NCBI GenBank assembly: GCA_965224025.1 | Contig: OZ245033.1 | Span: forward strand, 4,224,001 to 4,288,000 | DNA length: 64,000 nt | Source of the DNA: Candidatus Multivorans sp. | GTDB lineage: Bacteria > Acidobacteriota > Thermoanaerobaculia > Multivoradales > Multivoraceae | Direction of reading: 5' to 3' | Shown here: one piece after another, positions 18,887-30,723 of the stretch | How the letters are laid out: the number at the start of each line of letters is the position of its first letter | Numbering within the stretch: position 1 is the first letter of the stretch | The notes under the pieces: model-generated | What the model was told of the DNA's origin: nothing | The model's input: the letters and a program-made list of their open reading frames with translations, nothing else | Database searches by the model: none | Translations under genes and position numbers: made by a program

Positions 18887-19212
18887 TCGCGGCGCGTTCC
18901 CCCGACGACTGCACGCTCCTCTTCCTCCGTCATCGGACGCCAGTCGCTCCCCAGCACTCTGCGACACGCTCCCTCGGCGATGGCGCGGTCCATTTCCTCC
19001 AGGGTCGCGGGAGGCCCGTCGTACTTCAGCACGCCAAACAAACGGCTGATCGGCAGCACCGGCGCGATGCGCACTTCCCCGTCGTATATGAAGTAGCGCA
19101 CCCGGTCCCCTGCCTTCAGGTCAAGCGCGTCGCGCACCTCCTTGGGCAGGGTCGTCTGGCCCCGGGAAGTAACCGTCGACTCTGGCAAGCGAGATGGAGG
19201 TTGTGCATTCAT
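18883..19212 (-). CDS. AbrB/MazE/SpoVT-family antitoxin
   Basis: STVTSRGQTTLPKEVRDALDLKAGDRV, TLEEMDRAIAEG. Confidence 0.9.
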   Translation of the reverse strand: MNAQPPSRLPESTVTSRGQTTLPKEVRDALDLKAGDRVRYFIYDGEVRIAPVLPISRLFGVLKYDGPPATLEEMDRAIAEGACRRVLGSDWRPMTEEEERAVVGGTRRE

Positions 19213-19304
19213 TCTTCTAGTCTGCATTACTCTCATGACGTACGCAAGGCCACGCCCCCATCCCTTCTCACCGACCGGGGAGTTCGCCTGCCGGTTCGTG
19301 TGCC

Positions 19305-19824
19305 CGGCACGTACCGCACTCTTAGGGCTCGTCCAGAACGTCTGCGGGAGCTGCTTGCCGGCTCGCCCCACAGCCGTGACGTCGTGGTCGACGAGGTGCA
19401 GCGCGTGCCGGAGGTCCTGACCGTCGTCCACTCAGTGCTGGAAGAGCCCGACCCGGAGTCGGCGTTACGAGAGCGGACATTGGCCGACTACCCTACCGTT
19501 GCGCTGCGAGAACTCCTCCTGAACGCAATCATGCACCGCACCGACGAGTCCAACGCTCCCGTGCGGTTCTCCTGGTACGACGATCGCATCGAGATCCAAA
19601 GCGTAGGCGGGCTGTACGGTGCGGCCTCACGCGAGAACTTCCCACGGCAAACCGACTACCGCAATCCAGTTCTCTCCGAAGCGCTCGCCACGCTCGGCTA
19701 CGTGAATCAGTTCGGCCGCGGAGTCGTCCGAGCCCAGGAAGCGCTCCGTCGCAACGGAAACCCGGAGGCCGAATTCACCTTCGAGCCTGATCACGTGCTC
19801 GTCACGATACGGAGACAAGCGTGA
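19305..19824 (+). pseudogene. Chimeric remnant: AAA_14/DUF4143-type ATPase fragment fused to an HATPase_c_4 (RecG-C-like) fragment
   Basis: Walker B VVVDEVQRVPE with no Walker A, then YPTVALRELLLNAIMHR...RIEIQSVGGL...YRNPVLSEAL..LGYV..FGRG; no credible start. Confidence 0.7.
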
Positions 19825-20318
19825 AGACGATCGTCTTCTTCACCAACAAAGGAGGCGTCGACAAGACGACTCTCGTCTACCACCTCGCGTGGATGTACTC
19901 TGAGATCGGGTACTCGGTGTTAGCCGCAGACTTCGACCCGCAGGCGAACCTGAGCACCTACCTTCTCGACGAGGAACGGCTGGAAGAGCTATGGCCGGAC
20001 GGCGAGCACCATGACAGTGTTCTCGGCGCCGTCTCCCCCATATTGAAGGGTCTTGGCGACATTCGAGATCCGCACGTCGAGCACATCACGAACAATCTCG
20101 GATTGCTGGTCGGCGACCTAGGGCTGTCCAGGTTCGAGAAGAAACTATCCGCAGCCTGGCCCGACTGTCTGGACGGTGACGAATCGGCGTTCCGCGCCGA
20201 GTCGGTACTTCATCGGCTCACGCTCCGCGCTGCCAGACAACTGGACGCAGACTTGGTGCCGACCAATCGCTATCCGCTGATCTCAATCTGGCACTTGTCC
20301 CGAACAAGCCGGCGCTGA
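19821..20318 (+). pseudogene. Truncated ParA/Soj-like ATPase
   Basis: NKGGVDKTT (Walker A G changed to D), DFDPQANL; similarity ends before the D..P motif. Confidence 0.75.
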
Positions 20319-20324
20319 AACCGG

Positions 20325-20693
20325 TCAGCGCAGGCGGTCGATCCGCCGCCGGTCGCGCTTGGTCGGGCGGCCGGCGCCGCGGCTCCGGTGGGCCGTCGGC
20401 AGCGCCACGAACGCGTCGCGAGGCGGCGGCTCCGGCTTCGGCGGGCTCAGGTCCTCGTAGAGCCGCGGCGCTTCGGCCTTCGGCAGCGGTCGATCGCGCA
20501 GTTCGCGAACGACCAGGATCCGCTGCCAGTCGTCGCGGGCCTTGATCTCGACGCGGTCGCCCACCGCAAGCCGGCGATGAGGCTTGGCCTGCTGGCCGTT
20601 CACCGTGACCCGGCCGGAGGTGCAGGCCTCGGCCGCCTTCGAACGGGCCCGGAACATCCGCGACACCTGCAGCCACTTGTCGAGGCGGTTCAA
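20325..20693 (-). CDS. hslR: S4-domain RNA-binding protein (Hsp15)
   Basis: RLDKWL..SR.F..RS.A...C..G.V.VNG..AKP, C-terminal GAGRPTKRDRR. Confidence 0.88.
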   Translation of the reverse strand: MNRLDKWLQVSRMFRARSKAAEACTSGRVTVNGQQAKPHRRLAVGDRVEIKARDDWQRILVVRELRDRPLPKAEAPRLYEDLSPPKPEPPPRDAFVALPTAHRSRGAGRPTKRDRRRIDRLR

Positions 20694-21828
20694 GGCTCCG
20701 ATTCCACACCGTGAGCATGTCCGCGTGGCGCCACATCAGCGCCTGGAGCAGCGTGCCAGTCACCGCAATTCAAGACGATGGGTCCTCCGGATCCTCTGAA
20801 TGTCCCCCTTCTCCACGCCGCCTCGGATGCGAACGAGGGCCAGTTGGCGACCGCATCGAGCACCCGATCGATGGCGCGACGAGCTCGTGGTCTCTTCAAC
20901 CCGGAGGTCTCAGCAAATCTGAGCAGGTCGTCGCGTTCGAAACCGCGGCGCTTGCCCGCCATGCTCATCTGGTGTTGGTCTGTCCACGGGCCTCGCCGGT
21001 TGTAAGAGTACGTCACGTCGTAGGCCGGCGACAGCCGCCATTCCCCGCGGCGATTCATCAGAAACGCCATGTTCTTCACATGATCGTCCTGGTTCCGCGC
21101 GACGATGAGTGGCGCCTGCCGCCTTCAAAATACAGCCGGCATTCCGACATCTCGATCCCGGCCTCGCACGCCATCAGGTGATACGCGTACTCGATCCGCC
21201 CGTAGCCCAGCGGATCCGCCAGTTCGCGGTCGCGGTTGCTGGTGACGCCGTCGAACTTCAGGATCCAATGCTCGAAGCCGGCTTTCGTGTCCACCTTGCC
21301 GGACCGGAACTCGCCCGTGGCCCGATTCCAGGCGAGCACCGCCTTCGGCCGGGCCCCGCCCGCGGACGTTCCCACGCTGAGGAGGTCCTCGAGCGCCTCG
21401 CGGTCGTCGAGCCGGCCGGACACACGGCGCCGTTCGTCGAGAACCCGATTGGCAAGATCGACGAGTCGAGCGATCTCCACTTCGTCGCGCGGGTTCCCCC
21501 TGGACTCCGCCGGCTGGAACTCCAATGCCCCCAAGCCGCGCGTGCCGATGTAGCAGAGACGGTCCACCGGATTGAAGCTCTCGGCACTCCGTTCGGTCTC
21601 CGCCAGCCAGACATCGATCAGTATGTTGCCGAAACGGTCCGGCAGCGAGTCCGCCACGAGGCCCGGCAAGCCCATGAACGAGTCCCCGAGCGCGGGAAAC
21701 TCGTAGGTCCCTTCACGCGCAGGCATCGCCAGCGGAAAGACCTCGATGCCGGCCATCAAGAACGCGTCGTCGTACTGGAAGACCCCGACTTCCCGCCCGG
21801 CTCGCAGTCCTACGTTGTTCGTTCCCAT
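20690..21828 (-). pseudogene. hipA: HipA-family kinase toxin, deleted and frameshifted; hipB absent
   Basis: DSLPDRFGN, GTSAGGARPKA, WILKFDG, EYAY..MA; then in another frame ARNQDDHVKNMAF..W.LSPAYD; the middle section is missing. Confidence 0.85.
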
Positions 21829-22055
21829 ACTGCCGCTATTCCTAGGACATTGCAAGAGGCTATAAGTTGCCGTTTATCGACAGAAACTAGTATTTGTCAG
21901 CCATGTTTGGCCTCTTACAAACGACAAATACAAGGAGGCCCCGGGGCGCTCCCCTACCGCGGCAGCACTCCCAGAGGCCCGCGCACCCAGTTTCTGCCCC
22001 GCAGCCTCCCAGGGCGCCAAAACGTCCCCGGCGGTGCGCCGCGGACCGCCCCCGG

Positions 22056-23888
22056 CTAACGCTTCCCGCGCCGCGGCAGGTAGAGGTCGGTGATCGTGCC
22101 CTCGTACGCCTCGGCGGCGAAGGCAATCGTCTCGGAGAGGGTCGGATGGGGGTGGACGGTGAGCGCCAGGTCGGCCGCATCCGCGTTCATCTCGATCGCC
22201 AGGGCCGCCTCGGCGATCAGGTCGCCCGCGTTGACGCCCACGATGCCGGCGCCCACGACACGGCCGGTGCCGGGGTCGAACAGCAGCTTGGTCAGGCCTT
22301 CCGCCCGGCCCAGGGTCAGGGCGCGGCCGGAAGCGCCCCACGGGAAGACGGCCTTCTCGTAGGCCGTGCCGTTCTGTCGTGCCTCGGTCTCGGTGAGGCC
22401 CACCCAGGCGACCTCCGGATCGGTGTAGGCCACGGACGGGATCACCCGCGCTTCGAAGCCGCTCTTCTCCCCCGCCGCCACCTCGGCGGCGACCTTGCCC
22501 TCGTGGGTCGCCTTGTGCGCCAGCATCGGTCCGGGCACGAGGTCGCCGATCACGAAGATGTGCGGCACGTTGGTCCGCTGCTGGTCGTCGACCGGAACGA
22601 AGCCCTGCTCGTCGACCAGAACGCCCGCGGCCTCGGCGCCGAAGCGGTCGCTGTTGGGACGGCGGCCGACCGCGACCAGGAAGCGCCCGAACAGGCCGGA
22701 GCGGGACTCGCCGTCGTCACCCTCCATCGACACCATGAGGCCGTTCTTCTGGGCCTTGACGCCGGTCACGCGGGTTGCCGTGTGGATGTTCTCCAGGCGG
22801 CCGGCCAGCCGGCGCTGGAGCGGACGCACCAAGTCGCGGTCGACCCCGGTCAGCAGTTGCGGCAGCAGCTCGACGACGGTCACCCGGTAGTCCAGGGCGG
22901 CGTAGACCGTCGCCATCTCCAGCCCGATGATGCCGCCGCCGACCACCAGAAGCCGCCCGTCCGGCTCGAACTCGGGGTCGAGTTCCAGCGCGTCGGTCGA
23001 ATCCCATACCCGCGGGTCGCCGTCCGGCAAGCCCGGGATCATCGCCGGGCGCGAGCCGACCGCGACGATCGCCTGCCCGAAGGTCAGGGTGCGCCGGCCG
23101 CCGGCCGCATCCTCGACCTCGACCTCGTGGGGACCGACGAAGCGGCCATGGCCCCGTACAACCTCGACTTTGCGCCGCTCGGCGAGTTGCGCGAGACCGC
23201 CGGTCAAGCGGCCCACTACCTCGTTCTTCCAATCGCCAAGCTTGGCTCGGTCGATGGCGGGCTCGCCGAAGTCGATGCCTTGGGTGGCGAACTCGGCCGC
23301 CTCGTCGATCACGCGGCCGGCGTGCAGCAGTGCCTTCGAGGGAATGCAGCCGACGTTCAGGCACACGCCCCCGAGCTTTGCGTGCGGCTCCACCAGCACG
23401 ACCCGGCGGCCCAGGTCGGCGGCGCGGAAGGCGGCGGTGTAGCCGCCAGGGCCCGCGCCCAGCACCAGGACTTCGGCGTCGACCGGTCCTGACGGCCCGG
23501 TGCTCGCGGCGGCCTGCGCAGGCCGAACGGGTACCGGTTTCTCGACGGGCGCGGCGGCAGCCTCCTCTATCGCCCGACCCCCCGGCGCCGCGGGCGGCGC
23601 ATGCGGATGCCGCGGCCGCTCGGCGCGCTGGTCGGGGTGCGACTCGTCCTCTGCGTCGAGCACCACGATCAGATCCCCTTCCGCCACCTTGTCGCCGAGC
23701 GACACCGCCACCTCGAGAACGACGCCGCTGTGGGTCGACGGCACCTCCATCGACGCCTTGTCGCTCTCGATCGTGATCAGTCCGGCATCGACGTCGACGT
23801 GCTCGCCCGGCGAGACGAGCACTTCGACCACGTCGACGGAGTCGAAGTCGCCGATGTCGGGTACGACGATGCGGATTGGTTCGGCCAT
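22056..23888 (-). CDS. lpdA: Dihydrolipoyl dehydrogenase with N-terminal lipoyl domain
   Basis: ESDKASMEVPS, GAGPGGY, GGVCLNVGCIPSK, HPHPTLSE. Confidence 0.96.
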   Translation of the reverse strand: MAEPIRIVVPDIGDFDSVDVVEVLVSPGEHVDVDAGLITIESDKASMEVPSTHSGVVLEVAVSLGDKVAEGDLIVVLDAEDESHPDQRAERPRHPHAPPAAPGGRAIEEAAAAPVEKPVPVRPAQAAASTGPSGPVDAEVLVLGAGPGGYTAAFRAADLGRRVVLVEPHAKLGGVCLNVGCIPSKALLHAGRVIDEAAEFATQGIDFGEPAIDRAKLGDWKNEVVGRLTGGLAQLAERRKVEVVRGHGRFVGPHEVEVEDAAGGRRTLTFGQAIVAVGSRPAMIPGLPDGDPRVWDSTDALELDPEFEPDGRLLVVGGGIIGLEMATVYAALDYRVTVVELLPQLLTGVDRDLVRPLQRRLAGRLENIHTATRVTGVKAQKNGLMVSMEGDDGESRSGLFGRFLVAVGRRPNSDRFGAEAAGVLVDEQGFVPVDDQQRTNVPHIFVIGDLVPGPMLAHKATHEGKVAAEVAAGEKSGFEARVIPSVAYTDPEVAWVGLTETEARQNGTAYEKAVFPWGASGRALTLGRAEGLTKLLFDPGTGRVVGAGIVGVNAGDLIAEAALAIEMNADAADLALTVHPHPTLSETIAFAAEAYEGTITDLYLPRRGKR

Positions 23889-23903
23889 GGCTAGGGCGTC
23901 AAT

Positions 23904-23933
23904 GGATGCGGGCGAGACGCCCGCGTTCCCAGG
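23904..23933. repeat. REP-like palindrome type A
   Basis: GGATGCGGGCGAGACGCCCGCGTTCCCAGG between aceF and lpdA. Confidence 0.85.
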
Positions 23934-23979
23934 CCGGACAGGATGCCGGCTTTCCCAGGAGCATCTTTCGTCCCCATCG

Positions 23980-25287
23980 TCAGAGCACGATCCGGCGGAT
24001 GTCGGCCAGCACCGAGCACAGGTGGGTGGTGAAGCGGACCGCGTAGGCGCCGTCGATCACCCGGTGGTCGTAGGAGAGCGAGACCGGCAGCATGAGCCGC
24101 GGCGCCAGACCGGCGCCGACGTAGACCGGCCGCCGCACCGAGCGCGACACGCCCAGGATGCCGACCTCCGGCGCGTTGACGATCGGCGTGAAGGCCGTGC
24201 CGCCGATGCCGCCGAGACTCGAGATCGTGAAGGCGGCGCCCTGGATGTCGGCGGGTCTGAGCTTCCGCTCGCGGGCCCGGCCGCTGACCTCGGCCAACTC
24301 CCCGGCCAGTTCGTACACGGTCTTCCGGTCTACCTCGCGCACCACGGGCACGACGAGACCGTCCGGTGTGTCGACGGCGACACCCAGGTTGTAGTAGCGC
24401 TTGAGGACCAGAGATTCTCCGTCCGGGGCGAGCGACGAGTTCATCTCCGGGAACTCGGCCAGCGACGCCGCGACCGCCTTCATCAGAAAGGCCAGCAGGG
24501 TGAGCCGGACACCGCGCTCCCGCGCCTCCTCGAGATGCTCCCGGCGAAAGGCCTCCAGGTCCGTGATGTCGGCCTCGTCGTGCTGGGTCACGTGCGGCAC
24601 GTTGAGCCAGCTCCGATGGAGGCTTGCCGCAGACAGCTTGCGGATGCGGCTGAGCGGCTTCGACTCGACCGGCCCGAACTTCGAGAAGTCGATCTCCGGG
24701 ACCGGCGGGATGCCGGCGCCCGCCGTCCGGGGTCCGCCGCCGGTCATCACCCGCTTGACGAAGCCTTCGACATCCTCGCGCAGGATCCGCCCCTTGGCGC
24801 CGCTGCCCGACACCCTCCGCAGGTCGACGCCGAGCATGCGCGCGAACCGCCGCACCGCGGGGCTGGCGTGGGGCGGGCTCGCCGAGGCGGCCGGCACCGC
24901 GGCGGCGGCCGGCGGCCGGCGGCGTACGCGCCGCGACGGACGCGGGGTCTCGGTGGCGGCGGGCGGGGCCGGCGGCGGTGATTCAGCAGGAGCTGCCGCT
25001 TCGACCGCTTCCGCCGCCTTCTCCGCTGGAGCGTCCACCGGCGCGTCCGTCGCCTCGATCGTGAGGATCAGGTCGCCTTCCGCGACCTGGCCGCCGATCG
25101 CGACCGCGATCTCCACCACCCGGCCCGCCTCCGGCGACGGCACCTCCATCGACGCCTTGTCGCTCTCGATCGTGATCAGCGACTGGTCGACCGACACCTC
25201 GTCGCCGACGCCGACCAGGACCTCGACCACGTCGACCTGGTCGAAGTCGCCGATGTCGGGGACGACGACGGAAAGCGTCTCGCTCAC
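23980..25287 (-). CDS. aceF: Pyruvate dehydrogenase E2, dihydrolipoyl acetyltransferase
   Basis: Lipoyl motif ESDKASMEVPS, HASPAVRRFAR, SYDHRVIDGA. Confidence 0.96.
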   Translation of the reverse strand: MSETLSVVVPDIGDFDQVDVVEVLVGVGDEVSVDQSLITIESDKASMEVPSPEAGRVVEIAVAIGGQVAEGDLILTIEATDAPVDAPAEKAAEAVEAAAPAESPPPAPPAATETPRPSRRVRRRPPAAAAVPAASASPPHASPAVRRFARMLGVDLRRVSGSGAKGRILREDVEGFVKRVMTGGGPRTAGAGIPPVPEIDFSKFGPVESKPLSRIRKLSAASLHRSWLNVPHVTQHDEADITDLEAFRREHLEEARERGVRLTLLAFLMKAVAASLAEFPEMNSSLAPDGESLVLKRYYNLGVAVDTPDGLVVPVVREVDRKTVYELAGELAEVSGRARERKLRPADIQGAAFTISSLGGIGGTAFTPIVNAPEVGILGVSRSVRRPVYVGAGLAPRLMLPVSLSYDHRVIDGAYAVRFTTHLCSVLADIRRIVL

Positions 25288-27959
25288 GCGGTGGCCGGGT
25301 TCGGTGCGTTCGGGTCGATGCCGTAGGCCGCAATCGCTTTCGCCGGCGCTTCGGAGTCGACTTCTCCGTTGTCGGCCAAGGAGGCGAGCGCCGCGACCAC
25401 GATGTGCCTGCGGTCAACCTCGAAGAAGGAGCGCAACTGCTCGCGGGTGTCGCTGCGACCGAAACCGTCGGTGCCGAGCGTCCGGTACGGACCGGGGACG
25501 AAGCCGCGAATCTGGTCGGTGAAGACCTTCATGTAGTCGCTCGCGGCGACGGTCACGCCGCCGCGCCCGGTCAGGCACCGGCGGACGTAGGACACTCTCT
25601 CCTCTTCGCCCGGATGCAGACGGTTCCAGCGCTCGACCTCGATGCCGTCGCGCCGCAGCTCGTTGAAGCTGGTCGCCGACCAGACTTCGGCGGACACCTT
25701 CCAGTCCGCCTCCAGCATCTCGGCCGCCGCCTCCGCCTCGCGCAGGATCGCTCCCGAGGCGAGCAGCGTGGCGCGCCTCTGGTGCCGCGATCCCGGCCGG
25801 ATCCGGTGCAGGCCGCGCCGGATGCCCTCTTCGGCGCCGGCCCGCATCCTGGGATGCTCGTAGTTTTCGTTCAGCGTCGTCAGGTAGTAGAAGACCGGCG
25901 CCTCCTCGGCGTACATCCGTTGCAAACCGTCCTGGAGGATCACCGCGAGTTCGTAGGCGTAGGTCGGGTCGTAGGAGATGCAGTTCGGGACCGTCGAGGC
26001 GGCCAGGTGGCTGTGGCCGTCCTGGTGCTGCAGGCCCTCGCCGTTCAGCGTCGTCCGCCCCGACGTGCCGCCGATCAGGAAGCCCCGGGCCTGCATGTCG
26101 GCCGCGGCCCAGATCAGGTCGCCAACCCGCTGGAACCCGAACATCGAGTAGAAGATGAAGAACGGGATCATGTGGAAGCCGTGGTTGGCCGCCGAGGTGC
26201 CCGCCGCCATCCAGGAACAGAGCGACCCGGCCTCGTTGATCCCCTCCTGCAGGATCTGACCGTCCCGGGCCTCCTTGTAGGGCGCGATCTTGTGCGCGTC
26301 GACCGGTTCGTAGAGCTGGCCCGTCGGAGCGTAGATGCCGAGTTGCCGGAACATGCCCTCCATGCCGAAGGTGCGCGCCTCGTCGGCGACGATAGGCACC
26401 AGGCGATTGCGGATCGCGGGATCCCGCGTGAGCAGCGTGAACAGGCGCACGAACGCCATCGTGGTCGAGAACCGGCGGCCCCGGCTCGACCGCAGCAGGG
26501 CGTCGAAAGCGTCCAGCTCCGGCACGTCCAGCGAAGTAGCGGCAACCGTCCGCGCCGGCAGGTAGCCGCCCAGGGCCTCGCGCCGCTCCTTCAGATACCG
26601 GATCTCCGGGCTGTCGTCCGGCGGCCGGTAGAAGGGGGTCTCCTCCAGCTCCTCGTCGGAGACCGGGATGTCGAGCCGGTCGCGGTATCCGGTCAGCGCC
26701 CGCAGACCCATCTTCTTCTGTTGGTGGGTGATGTTCATCCCCTCGCCGGCCTCGCCCATTCCGTAGCCCTTGACCGTCTTGGCCAGAATGACCGTCGGCT
26801 GCCCCGTGTGCCGCACCGCCGCCGCGTAGGCGGCGTAGATCTTGTGCGGGTCGTGCCCGCCGCGGTTGAGGCGCCAGATGTCCTCGTCGGTGAGGTGGGC
26901 CACCATCGCCTTGAGTTCCGGGTACTTGCCGAAGAAGTGCTCGCGCACGAAGCCGCCGTCCTGGCTCGCCTTGTACGCCTGGTACTCGCCATCGACCGCC
27001 TCCTCCATGCGCCGCCGCAGCAGCCCGTGGCGGTCGCGGGCGAGCAGGGGATCCCAGTACGACCCCCAGACCAGCTTGATCACGTTCCAGCCGGCGCCGC
27101 GGAACACGGCTTCCAACTCCTGGATGATCTTGCCGTTGCCGCGCACCGGGCCATCGAGCCGCTGGAGGTTGCAGTTGACGACGAAGATCAGGTTGTCGAG
27201 CTTCTCCCGCGAGGCCAGGGAGATGGAGCCCAGCGACTCCGGCTCGTCCATCTCCCCGTCGCCCATGAAGGCCCATACCTTGCGACCCTCGGTGTCCACG
27301 AGGCCGCGGTTGTGCAGGTACTTCATGAACCGGGCCTGGAAGATCGCCATCAGCGGCCCGAGGCCCATGGACACCGTCGGATACTGCCAGAAGCCCGGCA
27401 TCAACCAGGGATGGGGATAGGACGAGAGGCCTCCCGGCCCCGCCTCGCGCCGGAAGCTGAGCAGGTCCTCCTCGCTCAGGCGGCCCTCGAGGAAGGCGCG
27501 GGCGTAGATCCCGGGCGACGAGTGGCCCTGGATCATGACCAGGTCGCCGCCATGGTCCGCGGACGGAGCGTGGAAGAAGTGGTTGAAGCCCACGTCGTAG
27601 AGCGTCGCGGCGGAGGCAAACGACGCGATGTGCCCGCCGAGCCCCTCGTACTCCTGGTTCGCCCGCACGACCATCGCCATCGCGTTCCAGCGGATGATGC
27701 TGCGGATCCGCCACTCCAGATCCGCGTCACCCGGCGACGGTTCCTGAGCCCGGACCGGGATCGTGTTCAGGTAGGCGGTCGTCGCCTTGTAGGGCAGGTA
27801 GGCGCCGGAGCGGCGCGCCTTCTCGACCAGAGCTTCGAGCAGGTAGTGGGCGCGCTCGGGACCCTCGCGCTCCATCACCGCTTCCAGGGCTTCCAGCCAC
27901 TCGGCGGTTTCCGCCGGATCGACGTCCTGGCGCGCCTTGAGGTTGGGGTCCATGTACAT
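25284..27959 (-). CDS. aceE: Pyruvate dehydrogenase E1, homodimeric type
   Basis: DVDPAETAEWLEAL, GGHIASFAS, GDGEMDEPES, SMFGFQR, GEGLQHQDGH. Confidence 0.97.
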   Translation of the reverse strand: MYMDPNLKARQDVDPAETAEWLEALEAVMEREGPERAHYLLEALVEKARRSGAYLPYKATTAYLNTIPVRAQEPSPGDADLEWRIRSIIRWNAMAMVVRANQEYEGLGGHIASFASAATLYDVGFNHFFHAPSADHGGDLVMIQGHSSPGIYARAFLEGRLSEEDLLSFRREAGPGGLSSYPHPWLMPGFWQYPTVSMGLGPLMAIFQARFMKYLHNRGLVDTEGRKVWAFMGDGEMDEPESLGSISLASREKLDNLIFVVNCNLQRLDGPVRGNGKIIQELEAVFRGAGWNVIKLVWGSYWDPLLARDRHGLLRRRMEEAVDGEYQAYKASQDGGFVREHFFGKYPELKAMVAHLTDEDIWRLNRGGHDPHKIYAAYAAAVRHTGQPTVILAKTVKGYGMGEAGEGMNITHQQKKMGLRALTGYRDRLDIPVSDEELEETPFYRPPDDSPEIRYLKERREALGGYLPARTVAATSLDVPELDAFDALLRSSRGRRFSTTMAFVRLFTLLTRDPAIRNRLVPIVADEARTFGMEGMFRQLGIYAPTGQLYEPVDAHKIAPYKEARDGQILQEGINEAGSLCSWMAAGTSAANHGFHMIPFFIFYSMFGFQRVGDLIWAAADMQARGFLIGGTSGRTTLNGEGLQHQDGHSHLAASTVPNCISYDPTYAYELAVILQDGLQRMYAEEAPVFYYLTTLNENYEHPRMRAGAEEGIRRGLHRIRPGSRHQRRATLLASGAILREAEAAAEMLEADWKVSAEVWSATSFNELRRDGIEVERWNRLHPGEEERVSYVRRCLTGRGGVTVAASDYMKVFTDQIRGFVPGPYRTLGTDGFGRSDTREQLRSFFEVDRRHIVVAALASLADNGEVDSEAPAKAIAAYGIDPNAPNPATA

Positions 27960-28079
27960 CTCTTTGCTGCCCAAGGGCTTCCGGCGCGCGCTCCGCGCGA
28001 CCCCAGGGCGTCCGATTCTACCCGCCCGAAGTCTCCCAACCGGCTCTGGGCAACAGCGGTGAGCGCGCACGGATTCCCC

Positions 28080-30116
<2,037 letters not shown>

Positions 30117-30117
30117 G

Positions 30118-30265
30118 GACTCAGGCCGCCACCCGCAGCCCGCCGCGAAGTCGCCACGCATCGCGGACGCAGGAAGACAGAGTCTTCACCCAGGGCAGGC
30201 GCCAGGATTCTCGATACAAACCTCTGCTCGGTCCGGCCCTCGCAGACAACCGTGACGTCGATCAA
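30118..30265 (-). pseudogene. N-terminal fragment of a DUF4276-like (TOPRIM-like) protein
   Basis: (M)IDVTVVCEGRTEQRFVSRILAPAL...GGGL, cut off at the thiC stop. Confidence 0.7.
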
Positions 30266-30388
30266 GGCGCAGGCCCACCACCCACGACACCCATCTGCCA
30301 CAAGGCGCCCAGCGAGTAGTCCTCGAGCCAGTCCTTCAAGGAGCTACTGTCGAGCCTCCGAAAGGTGGAGATGCCGTCATCCGCCTCC
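30262..30388 (-). pseudogene. C-terminal fragment of an AAA_21-type ATPase
   Basis: STFRRLD...LKDWLEDYSLGALW..GVVGGGP; TTGA overlap with the DUF4276-like fragment. Confidence 0.7.
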
Positions 30389-30554
30389 ACGCGGTGGACT
30401 ACGAGGCGGTGGGAGATCCCGAAGGAGAAGGGCGGTCTCAAGGGCCGCGATCTGGCCGCGCTCGGCCTGCCCACTCTCGAGCACTACCGCGACGCGTACT
30501 GCCGCGAGTTCTCACGCGAAAGAGGTAGGCGAATCGGTGCCGCGCACCGCGGGT
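30385..30554 (+). pseudogene. Diverged three-piece remnant of the downstream APH phosphotransferase gene
   Basis: Matches 32879-32901, 33194-33288 and 33398-33451 with mostly third-position differences. Confidence 0.9.
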
Positions 30555-30704
30555 GACGTCCGCGAGGGCGTGATCACCTACAAGATCGCCGCCCACGCCG
30601 CCGAGAAGGGGCTCGAAGACGCCGAGGCGATCACCGCGGGGTTGCAGGAGAAGGCCGGCGAGTTCAAGCGGGCCGGCGGCGAGGTCTATCTGTCGGCGAA
30701 GTAG
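30555..30704 (+). pseudogene. Diverged, internally deleted copy of the thiC 3' end
   Basis: Matches 29733-29782 joined to 30007-30116 across the 10-bp microhomology ACGCCGCCGA. Confidence 0.92.
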
Positions 30705-30723
30705 GAGGCGGCTAACAGAGGGT

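Noticed and set aside
30385-30704. Diverged gene copies as DGR template/variable repeats or a prophage att site
   Set aside because: Differences are not adenine-specific, and no reverse transcriptase, integrase or phage genes are present.
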